DNA of 64,000 nt from Nitrosopumilus sp. (GTDB lineage: Archaea; Thermoproteota; Nitrososphaeria; Nitrososphaerales; Nitrosopumilaceae). The DNA lies in contig OZ243974.1 in assembly GCA_965214775.1 (NCBI GenBank), positions 1,760,001 to 1,824,000 on the forward strand, given 5' to 3'. The notes beneath the pieces are model-generated. The model did no database searches, had not been told where the DNA came from, and saw nothing but the letters and a program-made list of their open reading frames with translations. Shown here piece after piece: positions 11,896-22,392 of the stretch (position 1 is its first letter; every line of letters begins with the position of its first letter). The position numbers and the translations under genes are program-made.

Positions 11896-12190
11896 TTAGT
11901 GCGACCTAACTTTCGTATAATAGATAAAAAAAATCAATAAACCAACAATTGCCCAAGGCCCAACGCGAAAAAAACCAGATGCCAGAAGTTTGTGCGCTGA
12001 GTTGACTGATTCTATTTTACACGCAGTCATTTTTCCAGTGTCGTCTTCAAACCAACATTCATCAGGATTGCCTGTATAGACAGGTTCAGACATAGAATAT
12101 CTGTATTCATACCTAACCATACTAATTGAAATTAGAATAGCTATTGACAATAAAATTACAATGAAAAATTTTGACTTTTTATTCAAAGAA
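11896..12190 (-). CDS. small two-TM hypothetical protein
   Basis: ORF 11896-12213 with 2 hydrophobic helices; 5' end overlaps a MITE. Confidence 0.5.
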
Positions 12191-12193
12191 AAG

Positions 12194-12282
12194 TACAACG
12201 TAAAGTTCTCCATGAAATCAGACGTGAACGGGAAATTTGGATGGATGTCTTGCGCCTAGAAAGTTGAGGGCCTGATGTTGTA
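12194..12282. mobile_element. MITE family C (TA-flanked, IS630-like ends)
   Basis: TACAAC...GTTGTA ends; homologous copy at 28097-28184; same end near 51325-51339. Confidence 0.7.
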
Positions 12283-12300
12283 CAAAGAAAAAAGAGGGGG

Positions 12301-13089
12301 TTAGTATACATTATAATGCCAACCGGCAACATATGTATTCCACCACCAAGTGGGGGTCGTGTAACTACCAAGATCAGGGTTTGGCTCATTGGTATGGACA
12401 AGCGTGTGCCAGTTAGACATAGTTGGATGTTGCTGATCAGGGGAATAGATGAAGTGCTGATCCCTGAACTCTCCATCGTCACAAGTTGCATAACCAGTAT
12501 AGTTTTTCTTGCCATAGTCTAATCCAACATTATCCCAGTCTGCATAAGGCCATTGCACTGAATAATATCCCATAGATTCCAAAGCATTTTGAATACTTTG
12601 TTTCGTATGGTGGTTATTTAGGCCAAAAGTGGCAGGATAGTGTGGATGTGCTGATTCGCCAAAAGTTATTCCACAGGCAGTAAGCGAGAAATAGCTACCT
12701 GAATATCTTGTGGCTGTGTTTACTTCAAATAGATGCCTGAATTTACCATTTTCCATGCTGCTTATATGCTCCCTGATTTCTGTTTCAGAGGGATTCTCAT
12801 TCAATGTTAAATCCATCAATTCATTTTGTAGATTTGCAAATTCTTCTACCATAATTATCTGATTTTGATTTAACCCATCTTCAATCATAGATGGTACATC
12901 AAGAATCATATGTTGAGTTTCGTTTTCATATGTGATATTATGCTGTGCAATTGCAAACGTTCTATCAATGAAATTTCTATCATAGTATGTATTTTTTGCT
13001 TGTGCTTCATCCATCATGCCAAATGGCAGGATCATTGCAGTAATCAAAGAAGCAAACAGGATTGTTTTCATCGTTTTTGTAGTCATTGA
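12301..13089 (-). CDS. secreted hypothetical protein
   Basis: Signal MTTKTMKTILFASLITAMILPF, typical of Nitrosopumilus-type secreted proteins. Confidence 0.7.
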   Translation of the reverse strand, partial: SMTTKTMKTILFASLITAMILPFGMMDEAQAKNTYYDRNFIDRTFAIAQHNITYENETQHMILDVPSMIEDGLNQNQIIMVEEFANLQNELMDLTLNENPSETEIREHISSMENGKFRHLFEVNTATRYSGSYFSLTACGITFGESAHPHYPATFGLNNHHTKQSIQNALESMGYYSVQWPYADWDNVGLDYGKKNYTGYATCDDGEFRDQHFIYSPDQQHPTMSNWHTLVHTNEPNPDLGSYTTPTWWWNTYVAGWHYNVY

Positions 13090-13191
13090 CACATGGAGAC
13101 CACGATGCCATATAACCAACACGGTTCATTTGTGTTCATTTGTGTTCACTTGTAATACAAAATAAATAGCCTTGATCCCAAAAAATGTAGA

Positions 13192-13770
13192 TTGGCACCA
13201 AAACCGTATTCCAGAAAGGACAGCGGCGGCAACACGAAAAACTTTTCCCTGCGTGTTCCAGACGACGTGATGGCAGCCTTGGAGTCAGATGCCGCCCATC
13301 GGGGTATCTCTGTCAACTCCATGCTGAACAGTATCCTCAGGAGATACGCAAGATTTGACCGGCATGTGCAAAAACTCGGCATGATTACCGTTCCCAAGGA
13401 GACAATTCCGGCTCTTTTTTCCGATGGCGACGAAGGACGGATCCACACCTTGGTCGACGGCGTTTTCCCGATCTTCCGTCAGGCAGTGGTGTTCATCAAG
13501 GGCGGGTACGATCTCAAGCGCTGCATCGAAACGCTGGAGGAGTACATGCAGACGACGGGCATGGCCTCCAAGCACACAGTCGAGGGGCCAGTCCACTGCT
13601 TTACCATACAGCACGGCATGGGATCTGCCTGGTCGGTGTTCGTAAGGGTCATGCTGGGACGGCTGTTTGCAGAATTCATGCCTGACAAAAATGTGGATTA
13701 TGACGTGCATGAGAGCACGGTATCGGTTAGAATTTCATTGGGTGCAGACTGGGACGAACACGATTACTAG
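13192..13770 (+). CDS. ribbon-helix-helix (Arc-like) regulator
   Basis: NFSLRVPDDVMAALESDAAHRGISVNSML. Confidence 0.8.
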   Translation: MAPKPYSRKDSGGNTKNFSLRVPDDVMAALESDAAHRGISVNSMLNSILRRYARFDRHVQKLGMITVPKETIPALFSDGDEGRIHTLVDGVFPIFRQAVVFIKGGYDLKRCIETLEEYMQTTGMASKHTVEGPVHCFTIQHGMGSAWSVFVRVMLGRLFAEFMPDKNVDYDVHESTVSVRISLGADWDEHDY

Positions 13771-13799
13771 CGAATTTCTCCGGTTACAAATCAATCATT

Positions 13800-13877
13800 A
13801 GACCTTATGCGTGATCGGCACAGATTAAAAAAACCAAGCAGCTTTTGCGTCATTTTTGGCAAATACGCACAAGGTCT
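13800..13877. mobile_element. MITE family D (AGAC(C/T)TTATGCG IRs)
   Basis: IRs with TSD ATT; copies at 19128-19205, 38818-38897 and 61322-61438; parent IS at 57058-60080. Confidence 0.85.
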
Positions 13878-14254
13878 ATTGTCCTTTTGGTTTTGATTAT
13901 CTACCCTCGTATCTGAATGAAAAATCATTTCAAGTTAAATTTTCTGGCTTGAGGCTATGGAAAAATAATCCTACAGAATCGCCTTGGCCCCGAGTAATCC
14001 TGTCATATTTTTTGATGATATTTTTGGATTCTATCTAGAGTGGCTTTTGAGATTTCAAGTTTTCATTATTTTTTCTGCCTGCCGGTGCCTTTACTACCAT
14101 GCCTTCCACGTGATGTCTTCCGGAGGAGGCAGGACTCTTGTCGCGTATTGGTAGAATGCAATCCAAAACAATTTTAAGCCGACGCATCCGATGATACACT
14201 GAACAACTTGATGAGGCCCGAATTTGGCGGGGTTTCGTCGTTTGAGAGCCGTGG

Positions 14255-14852
14255 AACCTGCAAACGTCCGTGCCGCCGTGACACACCGGGAGGAATCGTC
14301 CAAAAACGTGACTAATTTGAGCCCTCTCAGGCGTGGATCCTTCATTTCGTGCCAGTCCACGTGCCACATTGCGTTGGAGTACTTGCGCTCATAGCGCAGC
14401 CATTTCTTTTGGCCCGACTTGGTATCTGATGCGGCAACGAGTCCCTGCTCCTTCATTATCCGATATACGCTGTTGTAGCTTATAATGTGACCTGCATCCT
14501 GCAGGCGCATGGCAGTGCGCATCACGCCCACGTGCTCTATACAGTGCATGTCCAAGACTGCCTGCACCTGGCCTGCCGCGGGCTGCGGTGCGGCCTTTCT
14601 TCCAGCCTTTTGTTGCACATGCATCTTTCCGGTCCGGCGGTACCTGGCGTAAATCCTCCTCACGTGCCGTGGCGTCACCTTCATGTCACGGGCCAGCGAC
14701 GTGGCGCTCTTTCCGGCATTACGTCCCTTGACGATATACCTGATCTCTTTGTCCGACATCTTTCTTGTCATGTCTTTATCTGATCGGTACAGCCTGAAAT
14801 AGTCAGCGATCGTACGCCTTATCTTAGGCGGACCTAATTTCTGTATAAGACA
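14255..14852 (-). pseudogene. IS481 transposase 5' fragment
   Basis: RYERKYSNAMWHVDWH, DDSSR; terminal IR ends at 14852. Confidence 0.85.
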
Positions 14853-15046
14853 GTTACACTACCGGCCCACAAGGTTTAAAATGCAACGCATTCTATTAAG
14901 ATTAGTTTCTGAGACTATGCTAGTTACACTAGCCTTTTTTTTAATTAAAAATAAGCTAACTGTCAACTAATTTTCTGATTTTGAGATCAACGCGATCCTT
15001 AGCTAAGTGTATATACAAGTATATACTACCATATACTACCATAGTT

Positions 15047-15763
15047 ATGGTGATAGTCCACGAACCGATCAAGGTGGCAGAGCATCTTGACAAATACAGT
15101 GAATCGCGAGGCATGTCACACTCTGCGGCATTCTATGAATGGGTAACATTTGGGGATCACCTGATGCGCGAGCTGCAGGAAACCAAAAAGTACATCATAA
15201 GAAACCTGAGCTCCAATGGCCGCTTTGAGTTCAAGACGGCAGAGGATCAAAAACGCTATACGTACCTAGCTAACGTGGATCTGATCCTAAGCATGAACAA
15301 GCAGGATCCGCACGATACGCCGCCAGATCCGGGTGAAGTGGGCAGACTAACGCCGGATTTAAAGGGCAGGTTCAAGCGCCAGTGCATGAAGGTCAAAACA
15401 GACACCTGGAAGTACTGGATGGCCTGCGCCAAAAAGGAGGGTCTGTCTACCCGTGACTGGGTAATAAGAAGAATCTGGGTCTCCATGGCGGTATTGCATA
15501 CTACTGACGAGCTGCGCCGCACGATCAGCAATGCAATACTCAATCAGACGATCCAAAAGGACATGGAAACATACACCGGTTTACAAGAGTTCGTAGACGC
15601 TGTTGACACGATAGCCTCCCGAGTGTGGGTTCCTGCCTTTGACAAATTCCAAAAGGCACAAGCCAGTTTTTTAAAAAATTTGAATAAAGATGGTCCGTTG
15701 GCTGAGATTCCAAACCGAGCCAACCGGAACCGTCCAAAGCAACTGCCAAAACCAAGAGGTTAA
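15047..15763 (+). CDS. hypothetical protein with RHH-like segments
   Basis: Long ORF; KVKTDTWKYWMACAKKEGLSTRDWV resembles RHH; start uncertain. Confidence 0.6.
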   Translation: MVIVHEPIKVAEHLDKYSESRGMSHSAAFYEWVTFGDHLMRELQETKKYIIRNLSSNGRFEFKTAEDQKRYTYLANVDLILSMNKQDPHDTPPDPGEVGRLTPDLKGRFKRQCMKVKTDTWKYWMACAKKEGLSTRDWVIRRIWVSMAVLHTTDELRRTISNAILNQTIQKDMETYTGLQEFVDAVDTIASRVWVPAFDKFQKAQASFLKNLNKDGPLAEIPNRANRNRPKQLPKPRG

Positions 15764-16013
15764 GGAGGTTACTAATGTCTATTATACGCCAGATTAATTC
15801 AAGGTTTCTTCGTTGGTGGCTAGGCGATGATCACATTTGTGATCTCACAGGTGAGAAACTCGGCTCTACACGTGGTGCAGAGACCAAAAACGGGGGGATG
15901 ACGATTTACAGTATCAATAACCTACGTCTACTGTCAGGGCTGCAATAAGACATTTGCGGTCAGCTGCCGCCTGCCTTGTGGCGATCTGTTGCTAGACCGG
16001 CACAAGCGCCGGG

Positions 16014-16123
16014 GCTGCAAAGTCAACCTATACCAGGAGGTCTTTCCAGAACACATGTCGTGGGCCTGCCCAGACATCCGGCCACAGCTGCAAAGTCAAC
16101 CTATACCAGGAGGTCTTTCCAGA
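16014..16123. repeat. perfect 37-bp direct repeat flanking a 36-bp unique insert
   Basis: GCTGCAAAGTCAACCTATACCAGGAGGTCTTTCCAGA at 16014-16050 and 16087-16123. Confidence 0.95.
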
Positions 16124-16422
16124 TGTCAAGTGAGCCGATCAGGAAAATCGCGATGGTGCGCTGCAACACCTGCGATGGTGACTATGCCAAAGACGAATGG
16201 TCCGAGGCCTACTCCAGCTGTAAAAACAAGGGGCATGATCTGCACCCCTACACGCGGAGGGTAAGGAGAGATGGGGGCTCGCAGTACTGCCAGACGTGCG
16301 GCACTTGGATCAATCTCGCTGATCCGTTTGATACCAAAAAGCACGACGGGCACGGTCTTGGGGTTCGTCCTTGCCCGCTACGATTCTCTAGCGGCAGAGA
16401 GCATTATTTTTTCCATATGTGA
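16123..16422 (+). CDS. small Zn-finger protein
   Basis: GGAGGT RBS, then MSSEPIRK; CNTC...C...H and CQTC...H..H. Confidence 0.6.
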   Translation: MSSEPIRKIAMVRCNTCDGDYAKDEWSEAYSSCKNKGHDLHPYTRRVRRDGGSQYCQTCGTWINLADPFDTKKHDGHGLGVRPCPLRFSSGREHYFFHM

Positions 16423-16851
16423 TGGTCCTCGTCGTAGAATGCTGCCATGCTGCCAAGGCCGTCTTCGGCGAACCTCATGTCAGTCGCCGTACTTGGCGGT
16501 GTTCCTTCCACTCTGCAGCCCTTCTCTTGATGACCCGTTTTACGGGTTCTACTGCACGGGGTTCCAATTCGCTTATCTTGATGATCCCACGATCATGGTA
16601 TATTGCAAGTTTTTCTGCGGCAGCGTATTCCGGTCGCCCTCCTTTCTTACCCATCCTGTGCCCGGACTTGCTAAACCTTCCGTAAACCTTCCGTAACGGC
16701 CCGGGCTCTGGAAGGCATTCCTGATTTTAGGTACGGATTATGCTCGATCGGGGTTTTCCGGGAATGCAAAATCCACACCTGAACTTCTAGCCCGAGCTGT
16801 TATCTGCGGCGGACATAATTTTCATATAATACAGGGCTGCATCCACTGTAC

Positions 16852-16969
16852 GTAACAGGTTAACCCCTGCCTAGGCAGCAATCAGGCGCGAATCTGCCTG
16901 CAGTTGTGATTTTCATGCCTATCCTGCAAGGGACGCAACTCCAACTCTAGGCAGGGGCTAACCTGTTAC
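16852..16969. mobile_element. MITE family E (IS66-type GTAA ends)
   Basis: 23-bp IR GTAACAGGTTA(A/G)CCCCTGCCTAG; 8-bp TSD CACTGTAC. Confidence 0.9.
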
Positions 16970-16978
16970 CACTGTACA

Positions 16979-18571
16979 GTGACATCACTTACGTTCTACG
17001 GAGGAATAAATGAGATCGGCGGCACCAAGATACTCGTCGAGGACAAGGGGACCCGGGTGTTCCTTGACTTTGGGATGCAGATGGGCAAGGTAAACGAATA
17101 CTTTGCAGAGTTTGCCAACCCCAGAAAGCTTGCAGGCATGGGGGATATGTTCGAGTTCAACCTGCTGCCAGACATCAAGGGGTAAGAGTTTACCCCTCAG
17201 GCTGTACTGCTGGCCGGAGCCTTCATGGTCACGCCTGCCACGTCGTATCTTGGGGGGTAAACTCTTACCATCAAGGGGATATACCGCAGGGACTATTCAA
17301 GGCACATGGGATACGGGGACCACAATCAGGAGACGTCGATAGACGGGGTCCTGTTGTCCCATGCCCACGTGGATCACTGCGCCTACATACACTACCTGAG
17401 ACCGGAGATCCCCGTGTACTGCTCGGACGCAAGCAAGCTGATAATGCAGTGCTTCCAGGACACGGGAGGGGGCGAGGAGTACATCACGTACAAGGAGGAC
17501 TTCAGGACGTACAAGAACCGCAATGGCGGGATAAGCAGAGCAAAGTCAGACAAGCATAGGGAGGAGGTCCCGAGAAACATCAAGACAATCGGCCCCTCAA
17601 GGCAGCTGAATCTGGACTCGATCTCAGTAGAGTCCATCCCGATCGATCACTCGCTGCCGGGCGTCTACGGGTTCATAATACACACGTCCGAAGGCAGTAT
17701 CGGATATACGGCAGACATCAGGTTCCACGGGAGGCATCGAGAATACAGCCGGAAATTCGTGGCCAGGTGTGGTGCCGAGGATTTGGACTATCTATTGTGT
17801 GAAGGTACTAGGATAGACAAGAGTGACAGCAACACCGAGTCTGACGTAGAGAAGAGCGTGACTGACGTGATCAACCGGACCGAGGAGATGGTCGTCTGCA
17901 CGTATCCTACGAGGGATCTGGACAGGATGCTGTCGTTCTACAATGCCGCCAAGGCAACGGGGCGCGACCTGGTGATAGACACAAAGCAGGCCTACCTGCT
18001 AAAGCTGTTCCAGACCTCAGACAAATGGAGGGGCGAGTATCCGTCACCGACGGATCCCAACATCAAGGTGTTCATGTCCAGAAAATCATGGGGACTGCTG
18101 GACAAGGACAGGAAAGTCTGGCCGGCAAACCAGATCCAGGCAGACTACAGGGGATGGGAGCGAGAGTTCTTGGACTATCCAAACTATGTGGATTACAGGG
18201 ACGTCAGAAAGGATCAGAAAAAATTCATCTTTTACTGCTCGGACTTTCAGCTGCAGAACTTGATTGACGTGAGGCCAGAGGAGGGATCCGGATATGTCCG
18301 GTCGTCCACGGAGCCGTTCAACGACGAGATGAAGCTGGACCAGGATCGTGTCAAGCGCTGGCTGGTTCACTTTGGACTGCTCTCCGGAGACAAAAAGTGG
18401 ACGACCGCCCACGTCTCGGGGCACGGCACCCTCGACCAGATCAAGCGCGTCATCGACGGCTCCTCGCCGGATAAGCTGATCCCGATACACACAGAGAAAG
18501 CCGACGAGTTCCACAAATTGCACGGCAATGTCAGACGGGTCAGCCTCGGCAAGAGACTCGAGATCGTTTGA
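16979..18571 (+). pseudogene. MBL/beta-CASP (RNase J-like) nuclease interrupted by a MITE
   Basis: GGINEIGG, DFG, SHAHVDH, DHS, ADIRFHG, HVSGH and PIHTE motifs; both parts in the same frame. Confidence 0.88.
17182..17268. mobile_element. MITE family F (IS66-derived)
   Basis: IR GTAAGAGTTTACCCC; 9-bp TSD CATCAAGGG; relatives at about 18594-18680, 22041-22130, 28670-28760, 43695-43785 and 62844-62933. Confidence 0.92.
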
Positions 18572-18725
18572 GCAGAGGATTGGACAGTACGATTTGAGAG
18601 TTTACCGCTTGAGCAGCACTGCCGATCAGGGCCTTTATGATCATGCCCCCACGCCGCATCCCCGGGGTGGCAGACACTTACGGATCATCATGTCCAACTA
18701 CTAAATATGACAGACGTGTACTGTC

Positions 18726-18932
18726 ATGCATGGTGGCACTCCTCGTTTCGAAAAACGACATGAAGTCACCTGCAAATTCATGGGTCATGTCGTCCCGTCA
18801 GAGGACATCAAGAGGCTAAAACCCAGGGATGAGGAGATCGTGTCCGGTACGTGCAAGCGCTGCAACTTCGAGATCACGATACGCAGGGATCCAGAGGATG
18901 ATGACCATTACCTAGTATCAGACGTAGTGTAG
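18726..18932 (+). CDS. small Zn-ribbon hypothetical protein
   Basis: CKFMGH...CKRC. Confidence 0.45.
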   Translation: MHGGTPRFEKRHEVTCKFMGHVVPSEDIKRLKPRDEEIVSGTCKRCNFEITIRRDPEDDDHYLVSDVV

Positions 18933-18991
18933 CATACTTGACGACACCAACATCTCGGGGCGGGAGACACGAGCAGGAACAGAGGAATTTC

Positions 18992-19080
18992 TAGTGTGAA
19001 ACAAAAGTTCGTGAAGATCAAGACGTTACGGAGTGCTTCAGAACCCAGTCCAAATTTTCATGAACTTCTGTTTTTCACTA
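18992..19080. mobile_element. putative MITE (family H)
   Basis: Imperfect 24-bp IR TAGTGTGAAACAAAAGTTCGTGAA / TTCATGAACTTCTGTTTTTCACTA. Confidence 0.55.
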
Positions 19081-19127
19081 TGGGATCTACAGGTTTTTCA
19101 TCCACACTGTGGCAGCCTCACAATTAT

Positions 19128-19205
19128 AGACCTTATGCGTATTTGCCAAAAAGGACATGAAAGCTGCCTGATTTTTCTGATTTGCACCGATTACGCATAA
19201 GGTCT
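19128..19205. mobile_element. MITE family D
   Basis: AGACCTTATGCGTA...TACGCATAAGGTCT. Confidence 0.85.
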
Positions 19206-19351
19206 ACTAAACATGTTACATGCCTACAAGGCAGGCAACCCGAAATGGACGGGGGAGGACGCCGGCAATGCTGCGGCATAATTTCACTACACACGATTGG
19301 TTTTAAGGGATTGGATACTTTTTAATGAACCAAACAGTTTGAAACACCATC

Positions 19352-20095
19352 ATGATTCTCATCAAGCTGGGCGGTTCGGTTATTACCAACAAAGAAAAGG
19401 CTCTGTCTCCCAGAAGAAAGGCCATTGAGAACATGGTCAAAAATCTCAAAAAAGTTGACGAGCCAATGACTGTTGTTCACGGGGGGGGATCATACGGCCA
19501 TTACTGGTCAGTAAAATATGACATGCATACAAAAGAGAGAAAATACGATCTCAGAGGAGTGTCAATTGTCAAAAACTCGATGATAGAATTAAACAAAATA
19601 ATTTTGGATTCAATGATCAAGAACAGGCTGTCGCCCTACTGCCTGCCGCCAACTGACTTTATGTCAGCAAACAAACCAATTGTAAAAAAGGTCAAGGAGA
19701 TAGAAAAGATTGCAAAATCAGGCATGATCCCAGTCACTTTTGGCGATGTCTTGTGGTACGGCCAGAACAAAACATACGTTTTGTCAGGTGACAGAATCAT
19801 GACGCACATTGCAAAAATTCTGAAACCAAGACTGACAATATTTGCGCTAAATGAGGACGGGTTATACTCTGATCTCAAATCAAAAAAACTGGTTGAAGAA
19901 TTGCAGGCAGAAAGGCCCGTTATTTCTGAAAACAAGATGGACGTTACAGGCGGAATGACAAGAAAGGTCGAAGAGGCTACAAAGATTGCAAAAATGGGGC
20001 TGGAGGTATTTTTTGTAAACGGAAACAAGCCTCAACGAATTACAAAAGCGGTTAAAAAGAAGAGGTTCGAAGGGACACTGTTTAGAGGAAGATAA
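19352..20095 (+). CDS. ipk: isopentenyl phosphate kinase
   Basis: MILIKLGGSVIT, VHGGGSYGH, DVTGGM; in an isoprenoid cluster. Confidence 0.92.
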   Translation: MILIKLGGSVITNKEKALSPRRKAIENMVKNLKKVDEPMTVVHGGGSYGHYWSVKYDMHTKERKYDLRGVSIVKNSMIELNKIILDSMIKNRLSPYCLPPTDFMSANKPIVKKVKEIEKIAKSGMIPVTFGDVLWYGQNKTYVLSGDRIMTHIAKILKPRLTIFALNEDGLYSDLKSKKLVEELQAERPVISENKMDVTGGMTRKVEEATKIAKMGLEVFFVNGNKPQRITKAVKKKRFEGTLFRGR

Positions 20096-20096
20096 A

Positions 20097-20750
20097 ATGA
20101 CAGAGGAATTCGTGATTTTAGTAGATGGAAATGACAATCCAATCGGAAGAGAGGAAAAAGTAAGATGTCATCTGCCCAATGGCAAGCTTCATCGGGCATT
20201 TACTGTATTATTGCTTGACAGTGACGGGAGATTGGTCTTGACGAAAAGGGCCAAGGAAAAGATGCTGTGGCCAGGCAAGTGGGATGGAACTTTTGCAAGC
20301 CATCCCAGGGAAGGGGAGACATATGTCTCATCTGCAGAAAGAAGAATGCCCGAGGAACTAGGAACGGGCGGAAAGCTGGATTATTTGCACAAGTTCGAAT
20401 ACCATGTTCCCTACAAGGACATAGGTTCAGAAAACGAGGTGTGTGCAACGCTGATTGGAATTGCCAGAGAGCCCGGAAAATTACTGAATATTGAAGGGGA
20501 GGTCGATGAGATCAAATTAATTTCTGCAAGAGACCTGCTTTCAGAAATCAATGAGAATCCAGAGATTTATTGCCCGTGGATGCTAATAGCACTCGAATTT
20601 TTGGAAAGATCAGACGGACTCACGCTCAAAAAATACGAAGATGTGCTATCTGCATCGTGGACAAGCAGTGAAATGCATGATGGACTGCAAAGGGCAATTA
20701 GCGTGCATTTGCCTGGCGACAAATGGAGGTTCATAAATGAAAAAAACTAG
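20097..20750 (+). CDS. idi: isopentenyl-diphosphate delta-isomerase (type 1, NUDIX)
   Basis: LHRAF, ASHP, EELG, ENE, CPW motifs. Confidence 0.92.
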   Translation: MTEEFVILVDGNDNPIGREEKVRCHLPNGKLHRAFTVLLLDSDGRLVLTKRAKEKMLWPGKWDGTFASHPREGETYVSSAERRMPEELGTGGKLDYLHKFEYHVPYKDIGSENEVCATLIGIAREPGKLLNIEGEVDEIKLISARDLLSEINENPEIYCPWMLIALEFLERSDGLTLKKYEDVLSASWTSSEMHDGLQRAISVHLPGDKWRFINEKN

Positions 20751-21717
20751 ACAGATGGAAAAAAACGCAAGAACCGTAAACAGGCACCTGTTTTCGAAAT
20801 TAAAAGGCAATCCAAAGAAACTCTATGACGCTGCAGGACACCTGATTGTTCACGGGGGGAAAAGACTGAGGCCGTTTATGGTAATCAGAAGCTGCCAAAT
20901 CCTTAACGGAAAGACGTCTGATGCGATGCCTGCTGCAAGCGCAGTTGAAATGGTTCACAACTTTACGCTGGTTCATGACGACATAATGGACAATGACGAG
21001 ATGAGGCACGGGGTTCCCACAGTTCATAAAAAATTCGGGATACCGATTGCAATTTTGGCAGGAGACGTATTGTTTTCCAAGGCGTACCAGGTGATAGCTG
21101 ACTCGAAATTGTCGCCGGCTGCCACATCCCGCCTAGTTTCAAGTCTGGCTAAAGCGTGCATAGACGTTTGTGAAGGCCAGCTGCTAGACATGAAAATGGC
21201 CGAAGAGAGAAAGATCCCATCCCAGGCAGACTATATCACAATGATTACCAAGAAGACTGCGGCATTGTTTGATGTGTCATGTGCAATGGGTGCAATTTGC
21301 GCAACAGACAAGACAAAAGACATTTCAAACTTGTCATCGTTTGGAAGAAACCTGGGAATCGCTTTTCAGATCACAGATGACCTGATTGGCGTCATAGGGG
21401 ATCCGAAAATAACCAAAAAACCCGTAGGAAATGATCTCAGGGAAGGAAAAAAATCACTGCCAATCCTGATGGCGCTCAGAGCAGCCAAGGGGAATGATAG
21501 AAAAATCATCCTAAAAGCTTTTGGAAATTCAAGGGCTTCAAGAAGAGATTTGGACGGGGCAGTAGAGGCCATCTGCTCCCTGGGAATCGAGGAGGGCGTA
21601 CGAAAACAGGCTCTAAATTATGCATCAAAGGCAGAAAAATCACTATCAGGGTACTCGGGCGCGGCAAAAAACGACTTGATTGCATTGCTGGATTTTGTAG
21701 TCAAAAGAAGCGTGTAG
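20737..21717 (+). CDS. geranylgeranyl diphosphate synthase
   Basis: GGKRLRP, HDDIMD and QITDDLIG motifs. Confidence 0.93.
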   Translation: MKKTRQMEKNARTVNRHLFSKLKGNPKKLYDAAGHLIVHGGKRLRPFMVIRSCQILNGKTSDAMPAASAVEMVHNFTLVHDDIMDNDEMRHGVPTVHKKFGIPIAILAGDVLFSKAYQVIADSKLSPAATSRLVSSLAKACIDVCEGQLLDMKMAEERKIPSQADYITMITKKTAALFDVSCAMGAICATDKTKDISNLSSFGRNLGIAFQITDDLIGVIGDPKITKKPVGNDLREGKKSLPILMALRAAKGNDRKIILKAFGNSRASRRDLDGAVEAICSLGIEEGVRKQALNYASKAEKSLSGYSGAAKNDLIALLDFVVKRSV

Positions 21718-21939
21718 AAAGACAACATTCGTCATTATTGCAGCTAGTCGTGATGGTGGTGATGGCACCGCCATTACAATGGTTCCTGTGACATTGGAAT
21801 TCAATGGTTATCCAAGTTTGTTCCACTCAACAATCCGTTTGTCCCAAATGCATGCAGTCTCAAGCGCAATCCAGACATTTTTGATGAATCTAGCTGTAAC
21901 TGCAGCTTGACTGATGCCACAAATGTTTGGCGGTGGTGG

Positions 21940-22040
21940 TGGTGATGATGATGATGACGGCATGGTGGTGGGTGATGATGATGACGGCATGGTGGTGGGT
22001 GATGATGATGACGGCATGGTGGTGGGTGATAATAACGGCA
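21940..22040. repeat. 27-bp tandem repeat
   Basis: GATGATGATGACGGCATGGTGGTGGGT, about 3.5 copies. Confidence 0.9.
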
Positions 22041-22130
22041 CTACGAGTTTACCCCTTAGGCGTCACTGGTGTCTGGAGCCTTCATGATCACGCCTGCCAC
22101 ACCGTATCTCAGGTGAGGGGTAAACTCGTA
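22041..22130. mobile_element. MITE family F
   Basis: TACGAGTTTACCCC...GGGGTAAACTCGTA. Confidence 0.85.
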
Positions 22131-22165
22131 TCTATGTGTCGGGTTTATAAGAATTCCACGCGCAA

Positions 22166-22286
22166 CAGTCTTCACAGATGTAACTGACTCATGGCAGTGC
22201 AGACGACTGCAGGCGGATCTGCAGACATCATAATCTGAATTGTGTCAAATGTGGGACCGTTTTTCTGGGAGCTTCTAGGAAGACTG
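22166..22286. mobile_element. MITE family B variant
   Basis: CAGTCTT...AAGACTG; inverted homologue of 63429-63548. Confidence 0.8.
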
Positions 22287-22392
22287 CTCTGGGGGAGAGG
22301 CAAACTTTTACCACCCGCAGTCCCATTATCACCGTCTGCACATCAGATTCCTGCCGCCCACGTGCGGAGTAAACGTATTCTTGAACGTCCTT

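Noticed and set aside
10216-14852. One IS481 split by a 3.7-kb insertion
   Set aside because: Outer 15-bp flanks do not match and the middle of the transposase is missing, so a single element cannot be supported.
15939-15975. Possible third repeat (GCTGCAA) 75 bp upstream of unit 1
   Set aside because: Only 7 nt match, explained by Gly-Cys codons.
16058-16070. 13-nt match of insert 1 (TCGTGGGCCTGCC) to the IS66 transposase
   Set aside because: Too short, and the flanks do not align; not accepted as a protospacer.
17182-17268. MITE as an archaeal BHB intron
   Set aside because: No bulge-helix-bulge recognised at the junctions; the TSD and IS66 IRs explain it.
21940-22040. 27-bp repeat as CRISPR, or ORFs 21808-22041 and 21927-22187 as genes
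   Set aside because: Head-to-tail units with no spacers; low-complexity translations.
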